Assembly (NCBI GenBank): GCA_024704765.1
Contig: JAKMXF010000365.1
Coordinates: 744,001 to 808,000, forward strand
Length of the DNA: 64,000 nt
DNA from: Oopsacas minuta
Taxonomy: Eukaryota; Animalia; Porifera
Reading direction: 5' to 3'
A program made the position numbers and the translations under genes. Positions 29,006-43,999 of the stretch are shown piece after piece. Within the stretch, counting starts at the first letter, position 1, and each line of letters begins with the position of its first letter. The notes beneath the pieces were generated by a model. It saw only the letters and a program-made list of their open reading frames with translations, was not told where the DNA came from and ran no database searches.

Positions 29006-29358
29006 TCAATATTATAAATGTCAGAGGCACACAGTCAGCAGAAGGGGACCCCCTCTCTTACCAGCGCAGGGTAAATACTCAGCTTGTATGCAAAATTGTC
29101 CGATGAGCAACAAAAAATAAGTCCCTTAGATGGACAAGGGACATAGTTCTGTTGCTATGCAATGTTGGTACTTACCCAAGTTTGGTAAAATGCATTATAA
29201 ATTGTAGTTAATAGTAAATTTATTATAATTAAATAATAGAAATGAAAAATCAACAAATAAGAGAGAAAAGTGGGAATATTAAATTAGTTAAAAAGTAAAT
29301 ATCAAAATAGAAAGTTTAATCAACTCAAAAAGTACTTTAGAAAGCTATTAGTAGTAGC

Positions 29359-32300
29359 TCATTGGAAGCTGAAGTCTTTGCTAATGGCTTCTTGAACAGT
29401 TTGATGGCAGTACACATACTGTTTTAACGAGCTCACCATATGAGGACGCTGTACACGAAGTCCTTTCACTGTTTGAAATATATCAACCACTCCTTCATAA
29501 GCCACCTGCTCAAGTATCATATATATTGACAAGAAGGTACCAGTACGTCCCATACCATCATTACAATGCACAATAGTAGGTTTATCCATACCAATAGAAC
29601 GCTGTAGTCTATATGTATGTATAACCAGCTGTATAATATCACTATGTTGAGGCAGTGAACCTGCTACTGACCAGTTAGGTAAGCTCAGCTGATAAACTTT
29701 CTGCTTCTGAGTACCTGAACTAACCAAGTACTCACGTTGTCTGAATGGTCCTAGCTCAAGTTCATCCACAAATGATACCTGTAGATTCTTTATAGTTAGC
29801 ATTTCAGTGCTAGTAGGCCAGTAGTGAGCACACATCTCCTTACCATCCTCGTACAGATTAGTTAGCATTACGATTAATGACGCATTGGATGATACTACCA
29901 TTGACCAGAATTGAGGTACTGTGTGTTCAAGAGGGCCCTGTGTAGCTATGAAAGCACGTCTCTGCATAAAGCTATCTATATAGCTAGCATTTATATAATC
30001 AGATGTCTCTCCAGTTAGCCTAATGTCAAGGGAAACTCTGAAAAGGTTGTTAGGGAGCTTGTCTTCATATCTGTTCTTTGGAAGGTTGACAGGGTGTTTG
30101 GCATCTGACACCTGTTCAGGAGTAGGGTCAGGACAAGCTTGTACTAAAGAGTCAAAGAGTTCCTTGTAGTGGTTGGAAGTAGTATCCACAGACCGGTTCA
30201 TGAAACTGTAAAATAAGTTGTAAATTCGTGTAAGTAAGAAGTTAGTGAGTGTTGTCGTTGAGTATTTACCAAAGTGGGGTGCAGAGTCTTGCAAATGCTT
30301 GCCGGACACCCCACTTTGGGAGGTTGTACTGTACCGTTATTACCAACTCGAATATAAATGGCCATTAATATCGTATTATCGAATTATGTAAAACTGGTAA
30401 AACGGAAGTTGACTGAAATTCAAATATGTCTAAGAAAGTTGAAATAATTATGTTATCAAGTTATACGTATTTCTGAAAACTTACTTGCAAGTGAGAGAGA
30501 AGTTTTGCTTCTGTATGCTGGTATCAGTACGGTTAACTTGATCCAGTAATGCTCTGTAGATGAAGCAGTATTGCTCAGCAGTAGAAATGAAGTTTGTTCT
30601 TTCTGCTCTTAAACGTTGTATCAATTCAAACACGTTCAACTCACTAGGTTCAAGCTTTATCAGTTCTAGCCACAATTCGAATAAAACTAGGAACAATCCG
30701 CATTGATCAGATCCATCGGGGCAGTGTAGAAGGAGAGGTGGATAAGGTTCAGAACTTGCTGTATGATGTCTATATTAAGAAATATTAATTAGAAAATCTA
30801 GTTTCTTATAACTTCAATTAATAAATCCAAATCCAATGCATTCAATCACTATATGTATTAATCAACGAGTAAATTACATAAAACAAGTCTAATAAAATTA
30901 CCTGTGAACTTTGGTAATGAACTGCCATAAGAAGTGTGGATGTAACGGCAGAGAGTTCTGAGGCCAAATAGTAAAATGGAGCTGAGTTACTATACGTTTA
31001 CTAGTACCAGTACCAGGAGAAGTTACAGTAAAATTCCTCTGAATAAGATGCCCAAATATTTGAGAACTATCATGTGTAACTTGAATATTATCAAATTCAG
31101 CTGTCTCTCCCGCATCGGGCCAGTATATTTCACAAGTGGAAGCACAAGGTTCGGGACTCAGCATAACTATAACAGTACTACCTTGTTGCCATACCATCTG
31201 CCAGAAGGAATTAATTGTAGCAGACAATGGGCCCTGTGTAGTGATATATGAAAATGTCAACCAATCCTGATCAATTAAGCTAGCATTAATGTAATAGGAG
31301 TCTTCCAGACGGACACGATTGCAATCATATGGACATATATTGGGTTGTCTAAAAGATAATAGATAAATCAATATTCATAGGACAAGCCACAGTACTACTT
31401 AGCTAACATAATGACTAAATAACTGACTTAAATTTCGGGTTTACTAATTAACCGATAAGTAAGCAGAAATAGTTATGAATATAGATATCGATAAAGCTTA
31501 ATTAATAGCACAAGTATGATAAATCTGAGTCTGGATAGTACACGGAAATCATAATGCACAATGGGAGATATTATCCAATGAACATTTTAACAGATAACTT
31601 AGAAAGAAGTAACACACAACAACGATCGATTAATGCTAATTACACATTCTAGATGTAACGATAATATTTTCAATGTAGTTAGTGGAATTAGTATGAAGAT
31701 TCAAACAATGCACGATACATTATTAACTGACACATACCTATTCTTCTTCTTATTCTCAGGTAGTAGTCCCACTGTGGCCTCTCGTAATAGGCCTCTACGT
31801 AGGTCAGCAAACTCCTCTTTAGCCAACTGACAGTTATTATATAAGTGTTGATCCAGACAAGGTTTGAGATGACGTAGAGGTATCTTACTGTTACGTATAC
31901 GATCTTCTGTTAGCTCACCGACAGCTTGTTCGCGGCCTTCATCACTGGTGTGACTGTGAGATCTGTTATAGATGCAAAAGTTAGTAAATATAAACTAGTA
32001 ATGTCAATATGTCAACTATATCTCTTACCTATTGTCAGATATCCCTGAATCCCTCTCTGTTTCGTATAGAGAGAGGCGGGGAGGAGTTATCTTGATGGTC
32101 CTCTTTGGTGGAGTCAGCTGGAATTCTCCTCCTGCATTCTTAGAAGCTTTCCTGCTTCTAGATCGTCCCCTGAATAGAGCTACCATTAGACAGCATATTA
32201 TCACCAGAGCAAAGTAGATGAGTACAGCCAGTAGGATTATGAGGATGAGGGGGAGTTTTATGAGCAGACTATCTTCAACATGAGCTAAGAAATAATCTGA

Positions 32301-35300
32301 AGTATTATCTAGTTGCCTATAAATAGCTATATAAGTATTTACCTTGATGTGTGCCAGTTTCTATCAATTCTATACAGTTTATTCCATATTCGTTCCTTGC
32401 ACATAAATGAACGAAATAGTTTTGATTTCCATCCAGCTCTAGAGTTATTCTGTTTTCAAATGAGAGAGGCACATTCTTATTTACCACCATTTCATCATCT
32501 TTATACACCTCTATTATATAAGAGAGAGATACGTTTGAAGTGTGTTTTGATTCCAAAGTTCTCCAAGTGAGGAACAGTTGCCTCAGTTCAACCCATTTTA
32601 TATATAATTGTAGATTAGTAACTACAGGGGGACCTGCTTGTGTACTAGTTGTACTCTTTATTGACACTGTAGCATTTGAGAAAGAATAGGTGAGACGCAA
32701 GTTGTGTCTACAGGGGAGAGTAGTAAATTTGGATACATTTCGGATATGAAAATCAGATAGTGCTGACAGATTTATATGATATTTGCAAGAATACTACATT
32801 TCCATAGCATCATATATTTCTATAAAATTACGTAATATACATAGTGTAATGCTCAAATAAAGTTCAACAGCTGTAATTAATAATTTCGCTAGTACCAAGT
32901 TGTGTTGTATGTTATTTCTCATTACTTACTGGATAGTAATTAAGGCAGGTTAATAAGCAATAATTTGTAGCCAAGATTTCTGCTACATAACCAATAACGA
33001 AGGAGTTATTAGCAAAACTGCCGTAAAATATCTCGTAATTATATCATATCAATGTGTAGTCTAAGCTAGCAAATATTATTAATATAAATATGTTAATACA
33101 CATGGCATAGCCGCATAAGGGAAAATGCTGAATAAACTAGTATAGAAAGTGACTAACGCAGAGAAATATTGTAAAATAATTGCATTGTGGACTAAGCCAG
33201 TTGAATACTTAACATAGTATTGGATGGTGATTTGTTTGTACAATTGTAATAGGAGCCATAGTTCTCCTGTGGGTAATTATCTGCTAAATTGCATTCCAGT
33301 GTATATTACAATATATTATCCGTCAATTATGATGTCTATAAGCAAAATGCTTATGGTCATGAATCAAACAAGTTGAACTGGGGTAACGTATCCGAAGTAA
33401 CAAACAAAACAATAGTCTGGGGGTCATTATATGAAAACGAATAAGGACAAGTTTACAGAGATAATAAATGTAATTCTAGAGAGCGTAACGACACATATTG
33501 AATCTGTACAAATTATGTTTAACAGCCTGAAATAATGATTAAGATAACTAGCGAGTATGTTACATGGGGAAATGTAGATATTATTTAGTCTTCAGTAAGC
33601 TTATATTCAAAGAAGACATTGATAACACATCATTGTCTTCTTTGGGAGAAGAATAATGGAATTAGTTCAATTATTCTCATATTAGGATAAGTAGAGTTGT
33701 AAATTTTCTTGTGAGAAAGTTTTGTTTACATGAGAGGGCCAGAATTTATAAAATGTAGACTACTCCCTTTTCCGGTTGCAATTAAGAGAGTCTATATGTG
33801 AGTAAAGCCCATATGGGGGGTGTATGGAGGTAACTATGTGATCAAATATGCTAATATCTCAATTACAAAATTCAATAAAATAGTTGGAATCTCTGCACTA
33901 CTCTGCGAATATGAAGTCGGATATAAGATAGTACTAATTAATTGATTTTTACAATTTACACTATAAACTTAAGCCACGCTTTTTAGCTGTAAATGTATCC
34001 TACATATGAACAGGTGTTATTATAAAATTTATTCTTAAATCAGGTAAACAAATACATTGATTGTCTCTTATACACATGTTTACCAAAATAATAAATACTC
34101 AAATTAAACAACCAATATATGGCAAAACTTAATACCTGAGTGGTTGAGATCATATATTAACTAGACTTACCGTCTCTATAATTATACCATATTATAGAGA
34201 TAGTAAGACTACGATATCAACTCCCACTCACTACAACCTACTGACTATTCAAATCTGTTTATTTATCATTAATTCATTGTCAAGATGCCAGGACATCAGC
34301 GATTTACAAACCATCAAATATTTAATTAGTAGTTATTCTGTGCTATTTATATATTCACGTAATTGTATCAGTAATAATACGTATTGAGAATAAGAGAAAT
34401 AAATAATTACCGGTGGTAAGGTAGAAGGTCATTTATCCTAAGAGTATGATTGAATTGTAGGTTATCTGTATCCAATACTGTTACGATATCACTCAATTCT
34501 ACATTTCTACTCTCTTCAGTGCATTGTTCTGTACCAGCAAGGTATTTAGAACAGAGAACTAGAAAGTAGCTAGATATCGGCATTGTATGTACATTTGTCT
34601 GCCAATCAAGTTGGATACCATCCCAGGAATTGCTACTAGATTGAATAGCAATTAGAGGATTTTGTGTAGAATATTCAAATGTAATGGAATATGTCACAGA
34701 ACTGATCACAGTGCTATTGTTACGTATAGCTATACATTTGTAGTTACCCTCTCCGTATTGCAGCAGATCTATTTTTGTAAGATTTTGAGTGTTTGATACC
34801 TAAAAGATATATGAATAAGTGCTATTGTTGCTACAATTATATTCAGATCAAATGAGTATCAGGTGAGTAGTATTCGGATAGATAAATGATTGCTGATGCA
34901 GCTTGTATTAAATATTACATCATAAATATTTGAGGTCGTGTGATAGACTGATACATTATAAACAAACACAAATATCTAAGAACAAACACTTTTTATAGAA
35001 AATAAGCATAACAACCTACTCGTATGTAAATCTAATCAGAAAGTCATTAATGTAATTTCATTGGATTTTATGAAATTTAATTAGAAATCCTAAGTATAAA
35101 TTGAATCGCTTATAATGCACAAGATATTTGTACTGGAGACATGTTTCGCATGGCAAATACTGCGAAAAGGCATAAGTTGGCCATAATAAGCTAGCTATAA
35201 CAAAAAGTTCTAATATATCCTACCAGTTTGTCTGTTCCATTTACTATACGACTCCAGTTGTAATTAGCTGCCCCATCGGCCTCACAAGAAATCTCTTCAC

Positions 35301-35515
35301 TCCTGGAAAGATCATAAACTATATTTTCTAAAATAAGAACAAAGAATGAATATTTATATCAGTAAATTAGAGTAAATAGAGAAAATTGATATCAAAATTC
35401 ACTCACCTGGAAGATTCGTTTGTATAATACTTGCGAGAACCACAGTTTTCCCAATCCAGATTGAAATGATTATGAAAGAAATACAAAAGCACTGTGCGAG
35501 ATATCTATAATGCAT
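29359..35515 (-). CDS. Receptor-type protein tyrosine phosphatase: signal peptide, Ig, 2 FN3, TM, tandem D1-D2
   Basis: Exon 1 MHYRYLAQCFCISFIIISIW (35515-~35407); Ig (ISCEADG..NYNW, GEGNYKC); FN3 exons (34.4-34.8 kb and 32.3-32.7 kb); TM (LPLILIILLAVLIYFALVIICCL); D1 at 31.7-30.5 kb. D1 is joined to D2 by a phase-2 intron (CAA|GTAAGT at ~30484, TTACAG|T at ~30206). Confidence 0.88.
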
Positions 35516-36914
35516 TGTGACCAGTCTTAGAATAAATTTGCCGATAATCAAACAATTCTCAATAAACGTGTGTAATTCAATTAATATGGATTTCTTCAAT
35601 AAACAGTTGCTTATATAGCGTCTCCACTACTTACACTACTTGTAGATTCACTATAGTCCAGACTATGGCCAGTAGGTAGTTAGATTAATTAATTAATTCA
35701 TGAAGGTGGATTGTGGACATTTACTGTTCAGTGAGAATATAAATATACTCCACACTATCGCCAGATTATGCTAGACACGTGCAAGTGTGTCCCACTAGCC
35801 ACTGCAGATTTTGCATGATAATAACAACATTATTTGTGGGCTTTGTTAAAGACTGTTGGGGGCAATAATTGGTTTATTAAGTATACACTAAACTCTCATG
35901 TAAATATATTTCTGTAAAATGAACTAAATTCAATATAATTATTTAATGATCCTACACATTTATATTTATTCTGTGCATTTAGTAGCAGGGTCGTCGTGTC
36001 AATTAGATTTCTATCCATCCGCCTAAGGCGGTGGTTCCTAGGGGTGTATTGGGGGGAACGTGAAGGCGCTTCTTTATGGAATATTTGGATTATTTAACTA
36101 TATTTTTCAGTTTAGAAAGTAGAGTTCCATTTATAGCCAACATTTTATTAGCAAGTAATATATTTTTGTATTATCAATTTTTTGTGTAAGTATCGTTTAC
36201 ATGTGGAAATGATGTGTTCCTTCGATTTTCAGCTATAAAGTGCGTATCAAATAAGGTGGCATCCACGATTTTACTTAGAATTTCCATTTTTAGTGTAAAT
36301 ATCTTGTATTTCATAAGATGCTAATGTAAACAAGTCTGGAATACTAGGACATCAAAAGGCGTCGATTATATCACATAAGAGGAGCAAAATTAGTGGAAGG
36401 GGCAGTGTTTAGTAGAGTTCCCTTACTTTTATACTTAGGAATACACCTCTGGTGGTTCCTAACCATTTTCACTCGTGGACATCCTATATACCAATTTTAC
36501 AACATTCTGTGGGCCCCCTCTCATATACTGCAATCCTGCTATCGTCCGTGAACCATCAATGGGTTAATGGATCCCAGGTCGGAGGTTGGTTAAGCACCCC
36601 AAAGAGGACTTAGGGTGTGCTCGGGGCAGGTAAATCGTTATACATTAATCAAACAAATTCTTGGATAATATTCAAATATAAACATATAGGGGATTGCTTT
36701 CATTTAAATATATAGATCCTATACATCTTTCCCAATAGAATAAAATGACAGAGTTAATGAATTGAGAAATATACAAATCAAATATGAAACAACATTGTAC
36801 AATCTGAACAATAATATCAAAACATGCTTGAATTCTAAAAATGCTACAAATATTAAAATTAAACAAATTCTTTCCCCGCAAAAGAGATTAAATCTTTCTG
36901 TTTGGATGACTAAA

Positions 36915-39900
36915 TTAATAAATTTCAGAATTATTCAGATTGCCACTGGTAAAGCTTGAAGAGTTCTTGTGTGGACTGGGATACTGCCTCCTAGGGCTGA
37001 CACTTCCAACCGGTTTGCTATCGCCCTTAATAGAATATGTAAGACTCTTAGCACCGTTAGGATATTTTGCATGTAGAAAAGAAGCAATGAATTTGTACAT
37101 TTCCTGTTCTGTATCAGCACAGAGGAACCGGTTAGTGTCATAACTACTTCTCTGTAACCAGAACCCCCATTTTGTTGGAGGATTCTTAGAAATGTCAGAC
37201 TGCAAAAGACCGCAGAAAAGAACATAATCTAGTTTTGTAGTATGAGGTCCATCTTTGAATAAGCTTTTTCCTTCCTTTTGTGAAAACAACCATCCTCCAT
37301 TTACCCAAAATATATATTTCTTCCAACGAGTCTTGTCTTTCATGTAAAGAGAAACCCTGTCAGTTCGTGTAGTTTGGAAATCACATATTCTCCTTATTAG
37401 AGAATTTACTTTGATGCTAAGATAGTTGTTCTTATTCGACCAACTGGATACCACAACCAGTATCTGTTCATCTGGATGTACTACCCTCTCACATTCGTTA
37501 TTACCTAGAATTTCATAAAGAGCTAGATTTTCCATGGTAAGAAACTTCTTACTCACACAAGAGTCAAACACTTCTTGTGCAGTTGTCAGAATAGAAACCT
37601 TCATCGTGGTAGGCTCTCCATGCTTGTCATCTATAAATATTGTTATTAGGAATTCATTTGATTCAACTCTACTCCAAGTTTTCTTCTTCTCGCTCTCTTG
37701 TGCTTCTTTCATCCTCTGGATTGCGTCCTCGACTTTACGTTTCTGATCTGAGTCATTCTTAACGTCAAACAACCACTCATAATGTCCTATCAGAATATTC
37801 ATCAGGTTTACCTAAGAGGAGATATATAGCGTTTAATTAAAATCAAACGTTCCATGCTAGATGGGAAATTGATTACTCAGATCATACAAGCTGTATGAAA
37901 TGGTGGTAGGGAAAATTAATGTACAAAATTGAAAAAGCAGGTACTGGAAAATTTCGTTAATTTTACACCCTATCTAATTCAGTAATAAATTCTTACTTCC
38001 TTCTCTGTTTCACTCAAAATTAACATCTCGTTAATAGGCTGAGAAGACTGACCAGCTCCTCTTATGTTAGGACCAAATACAAGAGCCAAGTTAGGTACTC
38101 CCATTTTATTCTTTGACTCTAATTGAGATACTCTATACAGATGTTGACATATCATCATGAGAGTGTTTTTATTCTCTTTAGGCAATTTATTCACAAATTC
38201 AAACAGTGCATACATCTTGTCGTTATGAGATTGTAATTCAGATACACTGATGAAGTTCTGATGAAGTTCTGTAGTGAGGAGGGACTGAGGGAGAGCACGG
38301 AGGAAACGCTTCAACACACCTGCTACGTCATGAACTGTGAATACTTCTGGGTTGATTACAAGACTCCTACAATCCTGATCAAATTGTAGAGTTAGGTCAT
38401 CTATCTGTTTAGATCGTCCACTAACTCTGTAGAGTCCTATATCTTCCATCCCATCCTCTTCAATAAACTCAATACATTTACAGATCAGGAGAGGCACACC
38501 TGCCCTGGTGTACTGTTGTTCATCTAAAGGCACTCCAAATACTTGAGTTCTCTTCAAAACCTACACACACACACACATAATTATAACATCAAACCATGTA
38601 TATGCACTATGGATGTGTTCAAGTGAATATTATTTCTCAATGAATACTAGAGTTACATATAATATCATGACGTCACAACATACCTGATACCAGAGTTTAG
38701 CCTCTTCATGAGACTCAGCTTGGAAGGAGTATGTTCTCTCCTGGGTAATAACTTGGAAGGATATAGTGAGTTCTTTAGCTGCAGATGAATCTGGATCAGC
38801 TGGCGGCTGGATAGAGAGACATGACTGTAACTGTAGCCTCTCTGGTTCTGCCTTATCAAGAGATAGTTTCACCAGAACACGACTTTTCAAATAGCAGAAA
38901 CGTCTCTTCCAAGCAGCAGTGAGGCTTGTTCGTATCTCCAGATAGCCCCATTTGTCAAATCCGTGCAGCTGGAAAACATCTGGGTTAATGACATTACTCA
39001 GTTGTTTCTGCCAATTCATCATCTCTGAATTGGTTAGAGTAGCGAATGCGTATATAGCTGGCTTTGAAGTTATGAGCTCAAACACATGAGGGAATTTGGT
39101 AGCTTCCTGATGATCTGGAAGATCTTTAGACTCTTGGACTAGTAGTATCTCAGAGGATAGAATCTCTCCCTCTGGATCTAAGTCTTTCTCTGATTTTAAG
39201 ATAGAGAGTCCCTCTTGTGTGAGCACAAAGAACCGCTTCTGCCAGATTGGACGCAACTGAGGTCTCCCGTGTCCCTAAATAATGAATACAACTTAAATCA
39301 ATAGGGTAACTATAATTATTATAAGAAGCTCAGAACAATTAAATACGATAAGAGTAACTATAGCCTACTAAGTTACCTTACCTTAATAGTAGCAGGAGAG
39401 TACTTATGCATACATCCAGATAGATGACACCTCTCTATTGTACTAGTGAACTCCTTACTAATATCATTCCTCCATTGAGACAACAATTCATGATGTAGCA
39501 GTCTATCTGTAGCTTTAGACAGCTGTAACGGAGTACAGGCAGGCTGTCCAGGTATACGCGGTACAGGATCACAATAACTAGGATTAGCACCTTGTAGGAT
39601 AAGATGTAGTGTCTCACTAAGAGTTCCATTAAGTGCTGCTTCACATAATGCTGAGTGAATCTCTACCTGCTCGTCAATAGTATTATCAGATACTGAAGAT
39701 TTCATGCCTTTCTTTAGCCAGGCCTTTTCTTTGTATTTTGCAGTTATGAATGCCTTTCTGATGTCAGTATGTTCATCAACTGACATCTTCTCTCCGTGAT
39801 ATCTGTCTAAGTATAATTTATTCACTTCATCGTTACCTAGACAGATAAGCAACTCCACAAGGGTTGGTGTCCAGACGGTCTGGTCTAGATCCACTGACCG

Positions 39901-42900
39901 GACCTATAAATAAAAACAGAGGAAACAAAGTATAGTCATCCTAGATCCTATGAAGTGTTCGTTACAATATAAGTACCTTGGATATGTGAGCTCCCAGTGC
40001 TCTGTGTACACCACTACATTCAATACACACCATCACACAGAGGTTGAGACTGACCCAAGAAGGATTAGCTGTCCTACAGTCTGCACATTCCAAATTACCA
40101 GAATTGGTGTAGAGGGCATTTAGGATAGTTTGTGCTGAATTATTCTTAGACTGGTCCGGATCGAATAGAGTTAGAGCTTGTAACACACTCATCTGCAGTG
40201 CATCTATCCACTCTTGTAACTCAGGGAGTGATCTGCACTCAAATATGTAGTTCCTACCTCCTACTATCACTATCTCGAACCTAAATAATGTGTATTAGTA
40301 TTAGTATTGGATAGCTAAATTAGTTGACAAAAACATCGCTAACGGCCTAGCTCGCAGTACAGCTACCATTATACAAGTGTCACACTGCCCAATCCTCCAG
40401 ATCTCGCCGATTTCGCTTGTCTATCCCGACTCCCGCCGCAAGTCCCGTCGGGAGCTATATAATCCCGATTTGACCTATTTTAATCCAATATTATACATTG
40501 TTAATTCAATATAGATAGGACGTAAATATTATTGTATGGATAATGAGGGATATTTAGTTAAAATTATAATATGGGAGTTAACTGTTGTCATTATGGACTC
40601 TTTCTGATTCCATAGATTTAACAACATATTATTATTGACTTATCCAATTAGCAAGTCTTCACGTGGTGAACAAGTATGTGTAATAATAGTATAATACACC
40701 TCTACCAAACTACCTATACAATAGAACTACTGCTGTGCTGGTTACTTGAAATATAACTCTTCTATAATTATAATAATTACGTGTAAGTGGAATAGAGAAG
40801 ATCAATATCATGACGAGGGTAGCATGCAATATTACATAAAATCCATGACTATATTAAGTATTGAATTATATGAATTAAGTAATAAGATATCATGTTCATT
40901 TCAACCAAATTTCAAAAATCAGCTGGATATTAAAATTATATTGACTAGTATTATCAGGTGGTTCATTGGGGAGAATGAAACCTCTAACTCCTTGTTAAAT
41001 TTGGTACACTATTTAGTCTATAAGAAGTGATAATTCTAATTTATCAAACCTGGGTTGGCCCTCAGATCCAACTTTAGGCTTTACAGCTGCTAATCTCATG
41101 TTAATAGTATTGATAGGATTTCCTACTTTAAAATCTTCTTCAGAGTAGTAGTAACAGAGCCGTGTTTCCTTGATAGCACAAAACCTAGGCCTCCAGTTCT
41201 TTGAGAAATTATGACCTTGTTTCAATAAAATACCGGTTTTATCCGGTTCATTCATGGTACCACCCTCTGCCATAGTCTCTTTACTTGGCTTGTACTGGGT
41301 CATAGCAATCTGTAGAGTGTTGAGCCATCTCTTGAAGTCAGTTTCGTTTGGAGCATGGAAGTAATAACTCCTAAATATTGATACGATAAATAATTTCTTC
41401 ATGAAATAACTCCTCTGCACAAAGGAAGTAATTTAGCTTACCTATTAAGTGTGACAAGTACGAATCTTGTCTGCTTCCCCAACACACCAGCATCTAGAAC
41501 ATTAGTCTGGGAGGAAGCTACCTCAGCACCTGATTGAATCTCTTTCATAGATCCGAGAGGAATCCTTCCCTGACAATCTTTCGAAGTTTCACATTTGAAA
41601 TATTTTAACTCGTAACCATCAAATATGAACCAGCGCTTCTTCCATCCTTTATTTGCTCTGAGTCCCCCCTGTTTGAATAGCCAGCCTTCTAGCGTAGAGA
41701 CGGGGACAGGAGGTGCAAAATCTGCTTCTTTATCTTTCACGGTCACGAGTTGACCGCTAGAAACGAACTTTGATAAGGTATTAGGGCTATACTGTCTAGT
41801 AACGCTAATCTATAAAAGAAAGATAAGAAATATAATTATTTATTTTTATAAGAGAATATAACATACTTCTGTGTTGAATCTTTTCAAGGGCTGACAAACA
41901 TGAGCAGGGTCATTAGGTAGTGAAATCAACATTTTTGTGGGAGGGACTTCTGTGAGTACATCTTCATTCTCATCCTCACTACTGGAGCTGGATACTTGGT
42001 CTTCTACAGGTAAATCTTCGAATAGCATAGGAGGAGGTGGAGCAGGACGCATAGGGATGTAGTTAGTACTAGATCGGATTAGTTCTATAGATTCAGTTGA
42101 GATGTAGTTTGGGTTAGAAACCTTTTGTATCGGAGAAATTGGATCGCTAATAGTCATGTGTCGTGTAGGAGCTGTGATTAAGGAAGAATTGGGGAGGGAA
42201 GGAGGTCCAGGGGAGGAGGTCTTTATGATTGGGATTGGCGGTGCGGAAATTTTCGGTACTAGAACAGGTTGAGACTGGTTCCTGGGAGGTAGTTGCGGGG
42301 AAGAGACCTTATTAGAAGACGGATTAGAAGGAGACCTTCTGGGGGCTGCTACAGGTGCTCTCTGCGGATTAACTCTATCCGTCTGTGCAGATACAGGGTT
42401 CTTAAGTCCAATAGCTGCTAGAATATCTGAGGGAAGACTCTTAGCGTTATGGGGTGGGGAGAGGAGAGGGGTATCAGGATGTATAATGGGTAGGAGAGAG
42501 GCAGCAGTCAATTGATCATAATCACTCTTCTTGTTTTTGTGATGTAATAGTTGTGTGTTATCAATCAAATTCTCATCTATCATAGTATAAGCAGCATCGA
42601 TACGAGGAGGTTTGTGTTCTTTCTGAGACAATAATATCTGTCTGGTAAGTTCATCATAGTCACGAGGGAATTCAGTAGAATCTATATCTGTTACATGTCT
42701 TTTGCTACTTGTGTGTCTAGGAGAAGGGATAGGTACTTCTGTATTGTTACGTGTGAATATTATGGGCTGATTAGTGAGAGGATCTAGCTCAGTTATTTCC
42801 TCAGTAAAGGGCTTTTTGTGTGGGATAGCTTCATGGGATTCTAGAGAGTCATATACTTGACCGTTCGTTTGTATGTTATTTACAACTGGAGTGATTTGTG

Positions 42901-43333
42901 ACAACAAATCAAAGTAGACAGGAGTAGAAGAACGTTCGAGGTCATCAGGTAGTTCGGTTGGTCCACTTAGCTCTGGGTCTGACTCACTTCTATTGATAAA
43001 ATTCATGTTTACAACTACTCCACTCCGATTATAAAAACTGGTTGAAGTAGTCAAGAGGTTTTTCCGTAAGTCTTCTGAGCTTTTAGATAATGTCTTTGAA
43101 AAACCTTCAGTACGATCTAATCTCAAATTCAAGATAGCTCGTTCCATGCGTGTCACGTGACCAGGCAGCGTGATACCCATTACCCCCAGGGTCCGTCGTG
43201 TGAGTCCTTGACATTGACTCAGGGATGTGAGACCGTTATGTTTGAAAACAGGAGCGTATTGAGGCAACTTCAAACACTGAAGCCATCTGTCGACCTCGCT
43301 AGTGGACAATTTATTAGCTGGGCGAGTACTCAT
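36915..43333 (-). CDS. ARAP1: ARAP: SAM, PH domains, ArfGAP, ankyrin, RhoGAP, RA and PH
   Basis: N-terminal SAM (VDRWLQCLKLPQY..ITLPGHVTRM), PH (EGWLFKQGG..WKKRWF), ArfGAP zinc finger (CADC..WVSLNLCVMVCIECSGVHR), RhoGAP (IGLYRVSG, MGVPNLALVFGP) and RA domain. Paralogue ARAP1/2/3 not resolvable. Confidence 0.92.
40385..40460. mobile_element. GC-rich relic resembling the end of a hAT/Tip100-type element, in an ARAP intron
   Basis: CACTGCCCAATCCTCC followed by repeated CCCG/CTCCCG subterminal-like motifs and a CTCCCG...CGGGAG stem. The opposite end was not found. Confidence 0.3.
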
Positions 43334-43515
43334 ATTGAATGCTATACATTTATATTGTACATAGTATTTGAAATAATTCTGAAAATATCTTCTAAATATA
43401 GTGTTTCGAGATGGAAATGAGAATTAGATAAACCACATTGCAGGTTAGATCAGATTACATTATTACAAAACTGTTGCTTGCAGTATATTCCAAGATTATA
43501 TGCTATAGTCTTACT

Positions 43516-43999
43516 CAGGGCCGGATTAGCAGCCTATTTGGCCTGGAGCTGAATAATTTTGATGGGCCTAGGTAGACCCATCAAAATTATTAGGCCGCCT
43601 ACCCCTACCTTACAATTCTATAAATAACAAAACAACTTTCATGTATTTGCTTAGAAGATATAATTTAATACAAGAAAGCATCAAGTAGTGATTATTGACA
43701 AATTTAATCTCACAATGATAACATAGACTATTGATTAACAAACAAAATTAATATAACAATGTTGAGTCATAAACACATCTACATTAATCATTGCCGTTCT
43801 CAAAAAATAGTCAACTTAGCCTGCTATGAGAATTCGCCATGGATCAACTTAAAGCCTTCTTATGAAATCTGGGCGCTTCTAGGGTCAACAAAACTAACTC
43901 TTGGCTGTCTACACGGCCTATGGCACCAACGAGGTGGGCCTATTTTTACGATGTGCCTGGGGCTGCAGCCCCATCCGCCCCCGCCTTAATCCGGCCCTG
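43516..43999. mobile_element. Intact non-autonomous hAT element (484 bp), about 180 nt upstream of the ARAP start
   Basis: Terminal inverted repeats CAGGGCCGGATTA and TAATCCGGCCCTG, flanked by a perfect 8-bp duplication GTCTTACT (43508-43515 and 44000-44007). Confidence 0.92.

Noticed and set aside
29359-30309. The ORF track suggests a separate cytoplasmic PTP gene
   Set aside because: A GTAAGT donor overlapping the apparent stop at 30481 and a phase-matched acceptor at ~30206 join it to the upstream receptor as D2.
40335-40385. ATCGCTAACGGCCT...CAAGTGT resembles the 5' end of U2 snRNA
   Set aside because: Spacing is wrong, and the branch-pairing GTAGTA and the Sm site are absent. The adjacent sequence looks like a transposon end.
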